Position numbers and translations under genes: made by a program. 64,000 nt of DNA from an uncultured virus (IMG/VR IMGVR_UViG_3300033066_002433) (Duplodnaviria; Heunggongvirae; Uroviricota; Caudoviricetes), in IMG/VR virus record IMGVR_UViG_3300033066_002433, one strand, 5' to 3'. Below, in pieces: positions 45,310 through 54,573 of the stretch. The first letter of the stretch is position 1, and every line of letters begins with the position of its first letter. Under the pieces are notes generated by a model. The model worked only from the letters and a program-made list of their open reading frames with translations. It searched no databases and had not been told where the DNA came from.

Positions 45310-45650
45310 TTTGACTTTTTCTTTGAAGCTTTCTTCTTTACGCTCTTTGTCTTTTTTGCTGGCTTTACTGCCTTTGCGTTGACAACTTCAGCAGGGAAAG
45401 TAACAGTACCAACAACAGCTTCTTTTTGTAGGCTTGACAAAAGCATCCAAACCTCACCAGCAATGCTACCGAGAATCTGTCTATATTCTGCGCCAGGATC
45501 TTTACGAACCGATATCACCGTAAATGTATCATTATAAGATGCGTTTTTGAAATGAAACTTAGAACCAACAGGGAAAGAGTGCTTCTCAAGTTCTTTTCTA
45601 TTTATAACCTGTCCATGAAAAATAGTTGCTTCATTGGGTGGCTTTGTCAT
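45306..45650 (-). CDS. hypothetical protein with Lys-rich C-terminus
   Basis: Probable start MTKPP. Confidence 0.6.
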   Translation of the reverse strand: MTKPPNEATIFHGQVINRKELEKHSFPVGSKFHFKNASYNDTFTVISVRKDPGAEYRQILGSIAGEVWMLLSSLQKEAVVGTVTFPAEVVNAKAVKPAKKTKSVKKKASKKKSK

Positions 45651-46740
45651 TTTTTCTTTCCTTTGAGTATTTGAACAGCCTTTGCTTAAGATCTTCCGTT
45701 CTAGGAAGACTATCGGCATTTTCTAACAGTTTTAATTTTTCCACCAAATCAACTTCAGACAGATTTTTCATAGTTTCTACCTGAACAAAAACTACAAGAT
45801 CTGATCTTTGTCCATTTTTACGATACAAACCTTTATTCTGTAGAAAAAACTTATCTCCGCTGTTCGTTCCTGCTGGTATAATTAAACTTTCAGTATTGCC
45901 ATCTATAGTAGGAATATTAACAGTTGTTCCTAATATAGCATCTGTCATTCCAATATAATAATTTAGTGCAATATCTCCTGATTGGAGTAATTCAAAAATA
46001 TCATGCTTTTTTGGAGCTATTTGAATATAGCAATTTCCTCTTTCGCCGTAAGGACTTGTATATAGTCCCTTGTCTTGCAATCTAAGGCTTACTCCATAAT
46101 ATATTTTAGCTGGTATATCAACGTCTATGGTTATTTGTTTTTCAACCAAACCGCTATTACAATCTTTACATACATCTTCTGCTTTTACTCCGATACCAGA
46201 ACCGTTGCATGAAGAACAAGTAACTACCGTCTGCATAATTCTGCCGTTACCGAAGTCTTGAGTACGAACAACCCTACCAGAACCTTGACATTTAGAACAA
46301 TGCGATTTTTTGACACCCTTCTTAACGCCTTCTCCATTACAGGTTGAACATATCTCATTAGTTCCAAAAGTAATATTCTTTTTCGTTCCTGAAATAGTTT
46401 CTTCAAAAGAACAGAATAAGTTAAAGCCAACATCCTGTCCAGCCATAGAAGCTTGTTGATTTACTCTATTAAATAAATCTGCAAAAGGGCTTGAAGACGA
46501 ATACTGATGATTAACTCTTGGATCGTAACCATGCTTTCTTATAAAATCATAGTTTCGCTTCTTTTGATTATCAGATAAATTGTCATAAGCTTCTTGAACT
46601 TCTTTGAATTTCTTTTCAGCTTCAGCATCTCCCTGATTACGATCAGGATGATACTTCATAGCAAGAGTTCTATACGCTTTTTTGATTTCTTCTTCGGAAG
46701 AAGTTTCCGAAACGCCAAGAACATTATAATAATCAATCAT
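45631..46740 (-). CDS. dnaJ: DnaJ chaperone
   Basis: J domain with HPD motif; CxxCxGxG repeats. Confidence 0.92.
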   Translation of the reverse strand: MIDYYNVLGVSETSSEEEIKKAYRTLAMKYHPDRNQGDAEAEKKFKEVQEAYDNLSDNQKKRNYDFIRKHGYDPRVNHQYSSSSPFADLFNRVNQQASMAGQDVGFNLFCSFEETISGTKKNITFGTNEICSTCNGEGVKKGVKKSHCSKCQGSGRVVRTQDFGNGRIMQTVVTCSSCNGSGIGVKAEDVCKDCNSGLVEKQITIDVDIPAKIYYGVSLRLQDKGLYTSPYGERGNCYIQIAPKKHDIFELLQSGDIALNYYIGMTDAILGTTVNIPTIDGNTESLIIPAGTNSGDKFFLQNKGLYRKNGQRSDLVVFVQVETMKNLSEVDLVEKLKLLENADSLPRTEDLKQRLFKYSKERKNDKATQ

Positions 46741-46745
46741 AAAAT

Positions 46746-46958
46746 TCAAAATCCAGACTGATTGCGCTGGCAATCTTGATTCTTATCGTTGTCGTGATAA
46801 TATTCAGGCTTACGGTTGACATTTACGCTTTTGCCTAAAGCATCAATAAATCGCTGAGCAGTCTTAGCACAGCCCTGCCCTTCAAAACCGATAAGCTCAA
46901 CATTTATACTACCATCAGGCTTGACTTTAATCTCAACTTGCTTTTCCATTTCATTCAC
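46746..46958 (-). CDS. DUF2997-like protein
   Basis: '[17 protein letters not shown]...KPEYY'. Confidence 0.75.
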   Translation of the reverse strand: MNEMEKQVEIKVKPDGSINVELIGFEGQGCAKTAQRFIDALGKSVNVNRKPEYYHDNDKNQDCQRNQSGF

Positions 46959-47293
46959 CCCTCATCTTCCTCTTCATTTTCTTCTTGATCGTTTTCATCA
47001 TCTTCTTCAAGAAGATCAGGTGTTTGACCCTTAGATATGGCATGCATAGCAGAATTAATAACATCATCTATATTCAATATAGATCTAGTTACATTCAAAA
47101 TAGATTCCAAAGAATTTACAACATCCTTGATTTCGGAAGCGTTCTTTGGCTTTGTGTCTTCTTCAACGTATCTCTCGTGAAGACGTTGAATCATTTTTTC
47201 GCAAACTTCAAGCATCCTATCAAGTTCAATCCCATAATCATCCAATGGAGGATCATCTTCATTTGGAGGTAGTGGTTTTTCATTATTACTCAT
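46955..47293 (-). CDS. acidic hypothetical protein
   Basis: 112-aa ORF with AGGAG RBS. Confidence 0.65.
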   Translation of the reverse strand: MSNNEKPLPPNEDDPPLDDYGIELDRMLEVCEKMIQRLHERYVEEDTKPKNASEIKDVVNSLESILNVTRSILNIDDVINSAMHAISKGQTPDLLEEDDENDQEENEEEDEG

Positions 47294-47302
47294 TTTTAGC
47301 TC

Positions 47303-47566
47303 CTATAGCTTATAGCCAAGATCTGTTTTATTTGCATCAGTTTCTGTTACATCATCCAATGCAATTTCTTTCAAGAAAGACATCAAGCAAGAAGATATAT
47401 CTGCATTTGCTTCATCAAGATTGTTTATTAAAGATGGTATTTGATCAATGTCTTCTTGAGACGGAGTTATTTGTAATCTTTTTGCAATTTCATGTATTTG
47501 AGATACAGCGGAAAGCATTTCAAGACATTTATTTGATAATCTATTAAAGTTTGCAAACTCTTTCAT
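47303..47566 (-). CDS. hypothetical protein
   Basis: 87-aa ORF. Confidence 0.6.
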   Translation of the reverse strand: MKEFANFNRLSNKCLEMLSAVSQIHEIAKRLQITPSQEDIDQIPSLINNLDEANADISSCLMSFLKEIALDDVTETDANKTDLGYKL

Positions 47567-47567
47567 T

Positions 47568-48728
47568 CTACACCCTCATAGACATAAGTTTTTCTTGAAG
47601 TTTACGAGGCAAGCTCGGATCAACAGAAGAACAGATTGTCATAAAAAGAATATCGGCAATCAACATCGCTTCGCTATCAGACTGGCACGATCTTGTAAGA
47701 ATAGAACAATCTTCCAAGCATCGAATAATAAGATATAACTCTTTGCGAGAGTAATAATTTACTGCCGCCTTGCCATCAAAATCACCAAACATAGAGTCTC
47801 TAATTGATTTCATTGCCCATGAAGTAGCTGGTTTGCCTTGGTTATCTCCAGTCTGTATGGGATCTATTTTGGGTCTTGCACTAAGGCCTTGACCAATGTA
47901 GGTTATTTTCCGCATAGAAGAAGCATCGCTAATTAATCCATCCATATTACCTGCATCTCTTGAAGACATACCTTCTTTGAGGAAGAAAAGCATGCGGTAT
48001 TTCCACATAAATAATGGCATAATACTTTCAAGAGCATCTTTAGGACCGTACTTGGTCATGCAGCATTTTTCAAAAAGACCTAAGCATTTTTCAAAGTTCT
48101 TTTCATTGCATGCATTCATAAGATCCCAAATGATAAAATTATCATACTGAGATGCGGTTATAATAACATCATTGAGGTCATATTGCTTCTTGCCTGGAGA
48201 ATAATAGATAAGCTTTTGCAAAGCCATATTAATGACATCAACATTTACTCTTTTTTTGTCATCAAATCCGCAATTTTCAATCAAAGCTGACTGAGCTGAA
48301 TCTTCTAAAGATATTCCCAATTCTTTACATCTAGAGTCCATCCACCCTTTTGCTGAATATATAGGAACAAGAGATTGAAAATCATAAACTCTGCCAATCT
48401 TTTCAACAATAGAATAAAGAGCCTTGTTATCCAATGGCTCAAGCATAAAAAACGCAATTAATATATCATCTGAAACATTCTCAAGAAGAGCTTTAAACTT
48501 CTTGTTTTCAGAATCTGTCATATCAGGCAATTCATGAATAAGAATGAATCTGTTAGACCCAAAACAGAAGTTGCTTCTGATAGCTTCCGAAAGCTTACCA
48601 TAAGAGGTTGTCCGGTCGCAAAAGAAATGCTCCGTATCCTTAACCTTTTCTTTGATTTTATCAAGAACGTCCTTGGCTTGATAATAAGCACCACTTATCC
48701 ATACAACATTTATCTTTTTTCCGCTCAT
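47568..48728 (-). CDS. holA: DNA polymerase III delta subunit-like protein
   Basis: Degenerate clamp-loader layout ('KLIYY', 'IWDLMNA'); adjacent to clamp and dnaX. Confidence 0.65.
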   Translation of the reverse strand: MSGKKINVVWISGAYYQAKDVLDKIKEKVKDTEHFFCDRTTSYGKLSEAIRSNFCFGSNRFILIHELPDMTDSENKKFKALLENVSDDILIAFFMLEPLDNKALYSIVEKIGRVYDFQSLVPIYSAKGWMDSRCKELGISLEDSAQSALIENCGFDDKKRVNVDVINMALQKLIYYSPGKKQYDLNDVIITASQYDNFIIWDLMNACNEKNFEKCLGLFEKCCMTKYGPKDALESIMPLFMWKYRMLFFLKEGMSSRDAGNMDGLISDASSMRKITYIGQGLSARPKIDPIQTGDNQGKPATSWAMKSIRDSMFGDFDGKAAVNYYSRKELYLIIRCLEDCSILTRSCQSDSEAMLIADILFMTICSSVDPSLPRKLQEKLMSMRV

Positions 48729-48782
48729 AAAACAAACGCAGCTATTTCTAACTGCGTTTATTGATTTTACATATAACTAATA

Positions 48783-50057
48783 TTACTTCTTTTGACCATT
48801 TTTGATAGTCGAGAACAGTACAGAATACTTTTCTTTGATACCATTATCTGTGTCTTTAACAAAGGTCTTCGGATCTCCAACATTCTGACTTGAGTAGAAT
48901 CTAACGACTACAGGACTGTTAGCGTCATTTACTTCAAACTGAAGATATGTATCATCTCCAGACTTAGAAAGAATTTCATTCAAATACACAGAAGTGCAAA
49001 GAACATCAAATTCTCGCTCAACTTCATTAGAAGCAAAATCTTCAATAGCAATCTTACGAGAAGATTTCATAACGGCATCAGCCTTAGCTTGAATAACCTT
49101 CTTTGTAAGATCAACGCTAAGACTACATCCATGTACCTGGTTCTGCTTACGTTGCTCTTCATTGTTGGTTGCAACGATTCCCTTGATTGCGCCTTTCCAG
49201 TTTCCAACCTTTGTTGTAAACATGAACTTGCTAGCCCTTTCCAAGAGCTTGTTCTCATCAGGCCAAGACACAGACGGATCAACATTCAATATGCAAATTC
49301 TAGTCTTTCCGCAAGCAATGGTAATGAAAGATGATTGAGATTCAATCACAATATCTTCACATTTCAATCCGCCAAGAACACTCAAAAGAGCCTTAGATTG
49401 TTCATTAGGAAAGAGAATGGAAGCATTGTTCTTTGAGTTATTAAGATTACTTCCCTCAAGGTCAACTATGGCAAACCTATTTCCGCTTCCGGCAGCAAAA
49501 CGAAGATGGTCAGTACCAATAGCTCTCATAACCCAATAAGTATATTGCTTGAATTGTTCCATTTCGCCTTGAGCAAACGCAATCTTATTTGCATAAGAAA
49601 TGAACATATCTTTTCGAAGAGATATGGAAACTCCCTTGCTCTTTTTGTCTGGATCCGGAACGCTGTATTCGCAATGATTATCATGAACAGGAAGGCTTTG
49701 AGAATCTTCGTTGTCATCAGAAATAACAAGAGATCTTCCGCCAGCAGTATTGTCTATTTTGACTGTCAACATGCTAGATGAAGGAAAGGAATCAAGCGAA
49801 CCGTAAAAATCGCTTGCATTTACTGTTGCAACTCCATCTTCTTCGCAGACGTAATCCAAATTGTAATTATCGTTACCAATCTCGTTAATGATCTTAACGA
49901 GACCTCCGTCCGCAACTCCATGTACAGCGTTCATAACTGCTGTAAGGGTAATCAGATTAACTTGGGGGTAGTCATCTTGAGTTCCCTTAGTTGCAACCGC
50001 CAAAAGCGGCTTAATTCCTGCCAAAAGACCACCTGCTTGTGCCTTGAATTTCATCAT
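48783..50057 (-). CDS. dnaN: Sliding clamp (DNA pol III beta-like)
   Basis: Three-domain size; 'MKF' start, 'GNRFA', 'WPD', 'YLNEIL'; context. Confidence 0.65.
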   Translation of the reverse strand: MMKFKAQAGGLLAGIKPLLAVATKGTQDDYPQVNLITLTAVMNAVHGVADGGLVKIINEIGNDNYNLDYVCEEDGVATVNASDFYGSLDSFPSSSMLTVKIDNTAGGRSLVISDDNEDSQSLPVHDNHCEYSVPDPDKKSKGVSISLRKDMFISYANKIAFAQGEMEQFKQYTYWVMRAIGTDHLRFAAGSGNRFAIVDLEGSNLNNSKNNASILFPNEQSKALLSVLGGLKCEDIVIESQSSFITIACGKTRICILNVDPSVSWPDENKLLERASKFMFTTKVGNWKGAIKGIVATNNEEQRKQNQVHGCSLSVDLTKKVIQAKADAVMKSSRKIAIEDFASNEVEREFDVLCTSVYLNEILSKSGDDTYLQFEVNDANSPVVVRFYSSQNVGDPKTFVKDTDNGIKEKYSVLFSTIKNGQKK

Positions 50058-50069
50058 TTACTCCTTCGA

Positions 50070-50858
50070 TTATTTTTTCTCTTCGTATTTCTGCAAAATT
50101 TCTCTTGCCTTATGCTTTATTCGACTCAAAGCGTTATCAACACCCTTGATATTCACTCGTACTTTAGACCTTCCCCCATTTATTTTTTCAGCTATTTCTT
50201 CATATGAACATCTCTGAGCATACAGCACATACACTTCTTTCTCAAAACCTGACAAAGACTCTAGCAATTGAGTTTGCAAATCAAAATAATATTCGCTTTC
50301 TCCGACTGAAGAACCTATATCAGTTGCATCTGGATCAGATATAATACTAGCTAACGTCATATCTTCGTCGCCGCCATTATTTGTATTTGATTCTTTATCT
50401 ATCGAAATGCTATGATTGAGAACTCTCTTCTTATTTTGATAAGAAGATTTGAATTCTGTTGCTAAATGTCTCCTAATACATAGGAGCGCAAATTTGTCAA
50501 ATGGAGCCGGACCCTCGCCGGTTCCCCTTGCTTTATCGTAATCCTTAATGGCTTTATATCGTAGAGCATAAAGAGCTTCTTGTAAGACATCAGAGTGGTC
50601 ATATCCTGGTATATTAAACTTAGATATAACTTTCTGTATCTTAGGCATAAGCATTTGAAGTAATTTTTCAAACGCTTTATTGGCTGCTTCTTCTGTTTTT
50701 TGCTTCCTGATAATCACAATGAGGCTTATGCACTTTAGGTTAGCGTCATAATCTTGTTGTGCTTGATCCTTAATTTCATTTTCAACTGGTTTTAACTTCT
50801 TAGCTCTTTTTACTCCAGGCTTCTTTGTGTTTTTTGGCCTGGACATTAGAGTCTCCAA
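50070..50858 (-). CDS. SigH-like sigma-70 family factor
   Basis: 'DVLQEA', 'FALLCIRRH', 'SYEEIA', 'KGVDNALSRIKHK' (SigH-type region 4). Confidence 0.85.
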   Translation of the reverse strand: METLMSRPKNTKKPGVKRAKKLKPVENEIKDQAQQDYDANLKCISLIVIIRKQKTEEAANKAFEKLLQMLMPKIQKVISKFNIPGYDHSDVLQEALYALRYKAIKDYDKARGTGEGPAPFDKFALLCIRRHLATEFKSSYQNKKRVLNHSISIDKESNTNNGGDEDMTLASIISDPDATDIGSSVGESEYYFDLQTQLLESLSGFEKEVYVLYAQRCSYEEIAEKINGGRSKVRVNIKGVDNALSRIKHKAREILQKYEEKK

Positions 50859-51965
50859 TTATGTCGCTTTATTCTCTGTTTTACTGAAGATAATTGAGCA
50901 AACAACAAACTTTTCAAGCATTGTTTGAGCGTTTAGATTCAATGAAATGCCCTTATATACTTCTGCAAGATAATCTATCATCTGCAAAAGAAATGGTATA
51001 GAAAGGCTTTGGCACTGATGAACATAACGCTTTTTTTCATCATCTGTCAGAGACAGTAATTTAGCGGTATCCCTTGCGGTTTTTATAACCAACATTGTTC
51101 TGATATGACCGACAAGGCCGTCCAAAACCTCCCCAACATCGCGTCCATCTCCCAATAAATGGTCAATTATACGCATAGCCTCACCGGCGTCGGGTTTAAG
51201 TATAGCATCGACTAAATCAAAATACTTATTCTCATCAACAGCAGACAATGATTGCTGAGCAATTTCAGAAGTAATTTTACTTCCATTAGCAAAAGTCATC
51301 ATTGTCTCTAAATTTTGCAACGAATTTCTAACAGAACCTCTTGAAAGACGAGCCGCTATTTTTAGCGCTGCATCATCATAGGCAAGACCCTCAGCCTTTG
51401 CGATTTTCTGCAAGTTAACAACAAGCTGATCTACTGCGACTTTGCTAAATCTCAAAGGCATACAGCGACTATGTATTGTTGTCTTAAGATCTTCTGGATT
51501 TGTAGTACATAAAATGAATATGCAGTTATGAGGCGGTTCTTCAAGCATCTTTAGAGCAGCTTCAGCAGCATCGCCAGTCAGCCTATGAGCTTCATCAATA
51601 ATGATAAAACGATACTTTGACTGAATAGGAGAATAACGAATACGCTCTCTTAAGTTTCTAATATCATCAATAGACCTATTTGAGGCAGCATCAAGTTCAA
51701 TAATGTCAACAGATCTTCCCTCAAAGATTTCAACTATTCTAGGGTCTGAAAGGTCTGGATCTAAAGAAGGTCCATCTTTACCATTGACTGAAGCTGCAAA
51801 TATTCTTGCACTCGAAGTCTTTCCGCAACCAAACTTACCGCAAAAGATATATGCATGATGCAACTTACCTGACTGAATAGAATTGGTCAATATCTTAATA
51901 ACAGATTCTTGTCCAATCAAATCAGACAGCTTCTTTGGTCTATACTTATTTGCCAGAATGTCCAC
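50859..51965 (-). CDS. dnaX: DNA polymerase III gamma/tau clamp-loader subunit
   Basis: 'KYRP', 'GKFGCGKT', 'DAAS', 'IIDEAH', 'SRC'. Confidence 0.92.
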   Translation of the reverse strand: MDILANKYRPKKLSDLIGQESVIKILTNSIQSGKLHHAYIFCGKFGCGKTSSARIFAASVNGKDGPSLDPDLSDPRIVEIFEGRSVDIIELDAASNRSIDDIRNLRERIRYSPIQSKYRFIIIDEAHRLTGDAAEAALKMLEEPPHNCIFILCTTNPEDLKTTIHSRCMPLRFSKVAVDQLVVNLQKIAKAEGLAYDDAALKIAARLSRGSVRNSLQNLETMMTFANGSKITSEIAQQSLSAVDENKYFDLVDAILKPDAGEAMRIIDHLLGDGRDVGEVLDGLVGHIRTMLVIKTARDTAKLLSLTDDEKKRYVHQCQSLSIPFLLQMIDYLAEVYKGISLNLNAQTMLEKFVVCSIIFSKTENKAT

Positions 51966-52731
51966 TCATGCCTCCTGCTTCAAGTCTTTTAGAAAACCAA
52001 TTCCAAAAAAAGTCTTTTGTTTCTTCTATGTTTAGATGATTAGGAACAATAAGAACGTTTTCGCCAAGGTTAGACCAATCATAGTCATCCAAAGCAGTTT
52101 CGCTCGGATGCTCATCTCCGCAACTAACATCTCTCGTTAGCCTAACAACAGTACCACCGCCTTCTTTCACTCCTTGAAGCTCAGAAGGAAATCTTAAATC
52201 TGGTATAATTGCGAAATCAGGCTTATCTCTATTGATCGCTCTAAAAGTAGCCTGAACCCAGATGTATTGAGTAAACATTCTGCGGCATATATCAGTACCA
52301 AAGACCTGCATAAGCTCTCTGGCCGTCATATGACCAGATCTAAGCTTAATTGGATTTGTAATATCCGTTTTACCTAACTTCAATCCCCAATAAATGCGCT
52401 CTGGAGAAAAGTTATTGGTTGATGCAAGAGCATTTTCAAACAACGGTAATTGTTGTTCAATAACACCGCAATATTCAACCCACCTACCGCCATTTTCCCA
52501 ACGAATAAACTCTGGCAGATTTTCCCACAAATATGGAGTCTTTGAGTTTTTTTGCTCATCAGTACCCCAGACTTGCTCAGGCCTAAGACCCATAACATCT
52601 ACAAGAAAATTCTTAAGTCCGTCAGCAAATGAATACTTCTTAACGGAGCCCTGTAGCATCGGACTAACGTTATTAAGTAGAGTATCTTTGCCGCTTTGCT
52701 TTTTGCCAGAGAAGCCTAAAACGATTGTCAT
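51946..52731 (-). CDS. Deoxynucleoside monophosphate kinase
   Basis: 'GKKQSGKDT', 'RELMQVFGT', 'DLRFPSE', 'HPSE'. Confidence 0.88.
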   Translation of the reverse strand: MTIVLGFSGKKQSGKDTLLNNVSPMLQGSVKKYSFADGLKNFLVDVMGLRPEQVWGTDEQKNSKTPYLWENLPEFIRWENGGRWVEYCGVIEQQLPLFENALASTNNFSPERIYWGLKLGKTDITNPIKLRSGHMTARELMQVFGTDICRRMFTQYIWVQATFRAINRDKPDFAIIPDLRFPSELQGVKEGGGTVVRLTRDVSCGDEHPSETALDDYDWSNLGENVLIVPNHLNIEETKDFFWNWFSKRLEAGGMSGHSGK

Positions 52732-52744
52732 AAACCCTCTCTTA

Positions 52745-53164
52745 TTAGATTATTGGTCTAACAAAATAAACGGTCTTGCCTTTTAGGGCCGCATGGTCAA
52801 GAGAGCTTACGGTTCTTCCCTTATCATCTTTCATGTAAACCTTAGACTCGACCGTCTTGCCATCTTTTTTGGCAAATTTCGATCCAATATAAACATTTAC
52901 CGATGGAAGGTCTTTTACCGCAGCGGCTGCGCCTTTAGTAAAGACAGAATGTTTATTTTGCGACATGCCAGCATAAACACTATCATCCAATTCAATCATA
53001 TAAGCTTCAACAGTTTTAAGTTGCTCTCCCGAAGAAAGCGAGTTGTTAAAGTTTGCGTCAGTAACAAGTGTTCTTCCTTTCTGAAGGGCGTCATCGCTTG
53101 TGCTAAAAGTTCCTACGATTGAACTTGTTCCATATTCGTCTCTTGACCAAAGTTGATATTTCAT
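52745..53164 (-). CDS. hypothetical protein
   Basis: ORF with probable start MKYQL. Confidence 0.65.
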   Translation of the reverse strand: MKYQLWSRDEYGTSSIVGTFSTSDDALQKGRTLVTDANFNNSLSSGEQLKTVEAYMIELDDSVYAGMSQNKHSVFTKGAAAAVKDLPSVNVYIGSKFAKKDGKTVESKVYMKDDKGRTVSSLDHAALKGKTVYFVRPII

Positions 53165-53622
53165 TCTCTTCTCCAATCGATTTTGCCATCAAGGATGTTG
53201 GGCAATTCGTCTGTATCCATGTAATCAATTCCCAAGGTTCTCAAAATAAGGCTATGGTCTTTCTTGTCAAACGGAACCGTTTTGCCTTCGCCTTCTGGAG
53301 AAATCGACAGAAGAACGTCAGCAACAACTGCGGCCTTATGCTTATCGTTATAAGCTCCCCAATCAGAAGAATAAACAGTAACAAAATAAAGCTTGGGGCA
53401 GAAAAGAGTAACAGGAGGCACAATGGGCTTTAAGTCCCAAACCTGAGCCTTCTTCTCTGGTCGAGGCTTATTAACAATCTGTACAACCGCAATCGTCTTT
53501 GCGTCAATTTCTGGAAAAACATTGGGATAAAGAGCAAGTATCTTTTCCGCAATCTCATTGAATTCTGGAAGCTCTTCATATTCTGGTTTAACTTTCGCCA
53601 CTGATATCTCCTTTATCTTCAT
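53161..53622 (-). CDS. hypothetical protein (degenerate phage metallopeptidase-like)
   Basis: 153-aa ORF; HEXXH absent. Confidence 0.55.
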   Translation of the reverse strand: MKIKEISVAKVKPEYEELPEFNEIAEKILALYPNVFPEIDAKTIAVVQIVNKPRPEKKAQVWDLKPIVPPVTLFCPKLYFVTVYSSDWGAYNDKHKAAVVADVLLSISPEGEGKTVPFDKKDHSLILRTLGIDYMDTDELPNILDGKIDWRRE

Positions 53623-53821
53623 CTAGGGATGAGGGGGTTACATTGCCCCACTCAAAATGTGTCTTGGAATTTTCATCAACAGTAACCGCATAAAAGATGT
53701 CGGCATCCATGTCTGCAATTTCAATAATAACACCATTATCACTTTTGCTAATCCTTAGCAATAGTGTTTCATCTTTCGAATAATACGATCCGGCCTTCAA
53801 GCCTCTTATTTCTGATTTCAT
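53588..53821 (-). CDS. hypothetical protein
   Basis: 77-aa ORF. Confidence 0.55.
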   Translation of the reverse strand: MKSEIRGLKAGSYYSKDETLLLRISKSDNGVIIEIADMDADIFYAVTVDENSKTHFEWGNVTPSSLDEDKGDISGES

Positions 53822-54573
53822 TATATTGTGTCCTGAGATTTATTATCGTTTATGTCCCAACTAGCTATCTTATTTAACATATCTCTGTCTTGGTAGATCT
53901 CTTGTTTCAATGGATATTTCCAATCTATATGACCCATTGTTTGTTCCGGTTTATCATCAAGAGCAAAAGAAAGTATTGCAACAAGACGCATGCCGCTTTT
54001 AGAAAGAATTTCAAAACCCCATTTATATATGTTTATCCTGGTAACATCATTTATGACAAATACGCTACGAGCGCTGAACTGTTTAGCTCGTTTGAAATTT
54101 TCTTGAGTTTCATTTTCATTAAGATCCCAACCAGTAAAGGCTCGTTTTTCCCCTTTCCAATCAGATGAAAAGACAATGGTAGAGGAACTATCTTTGACGA
54201 GATTCAGTTTTATGACTGGCAAGCTACTTAAGGAATGAAAACACAATCTATTGATAGAAAAGAAACAATTTAGAGCGTGATAATTAGAAGAAAAAGTATT
54301 ATGTATCAAAGCAAGCATCGATCTAATACTTACAATATTCTTATTTTCTAGCTTTGGTTCGTCGTTTTTTCCCAACATTTTAGCCTGAAGTTCGTCAAAC
54401 AAAGTTGGATCAGCCTTTGCCTCAGCAGAAACAGAGGAACCCCAAACACTTCCAGAAGTTGTCAGTATTGGAGTTCCAGCGATATACGACACTAATGGAC
54501 TCCCAGGATATTGCACTGAAATTGGCTGGCAATCCCAATTAACGTTCCAGTTATTATCTTCATTATCGCTCAT
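53821..54573 (-). CDS. hypothetical protein
   Basis: 250-aa ORF. Confidence 0.65.
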   Translation of the reverse strand: MSDNEDNNWNVNWDCQPISVQYPGSPLVSYIAGTPILTTSGSVWGSSVSAEAKADPTLFDELQAKMLGKNDEPKLENKNIVSIRSMLALIHNTFSSNYHALNCFFSINRLCFHSLSSLPVIKLNLVKDSSSTIVFSSDWKGEKRAFTGWDLNENETQENFKRAKQFSARSVFVINDVTRINIYKWGFEILSKSGMRLVAILSFALDDKPEQTMGHIDWKYPLKQEIYQDRDMLNKIASWDINDNKSQDTI

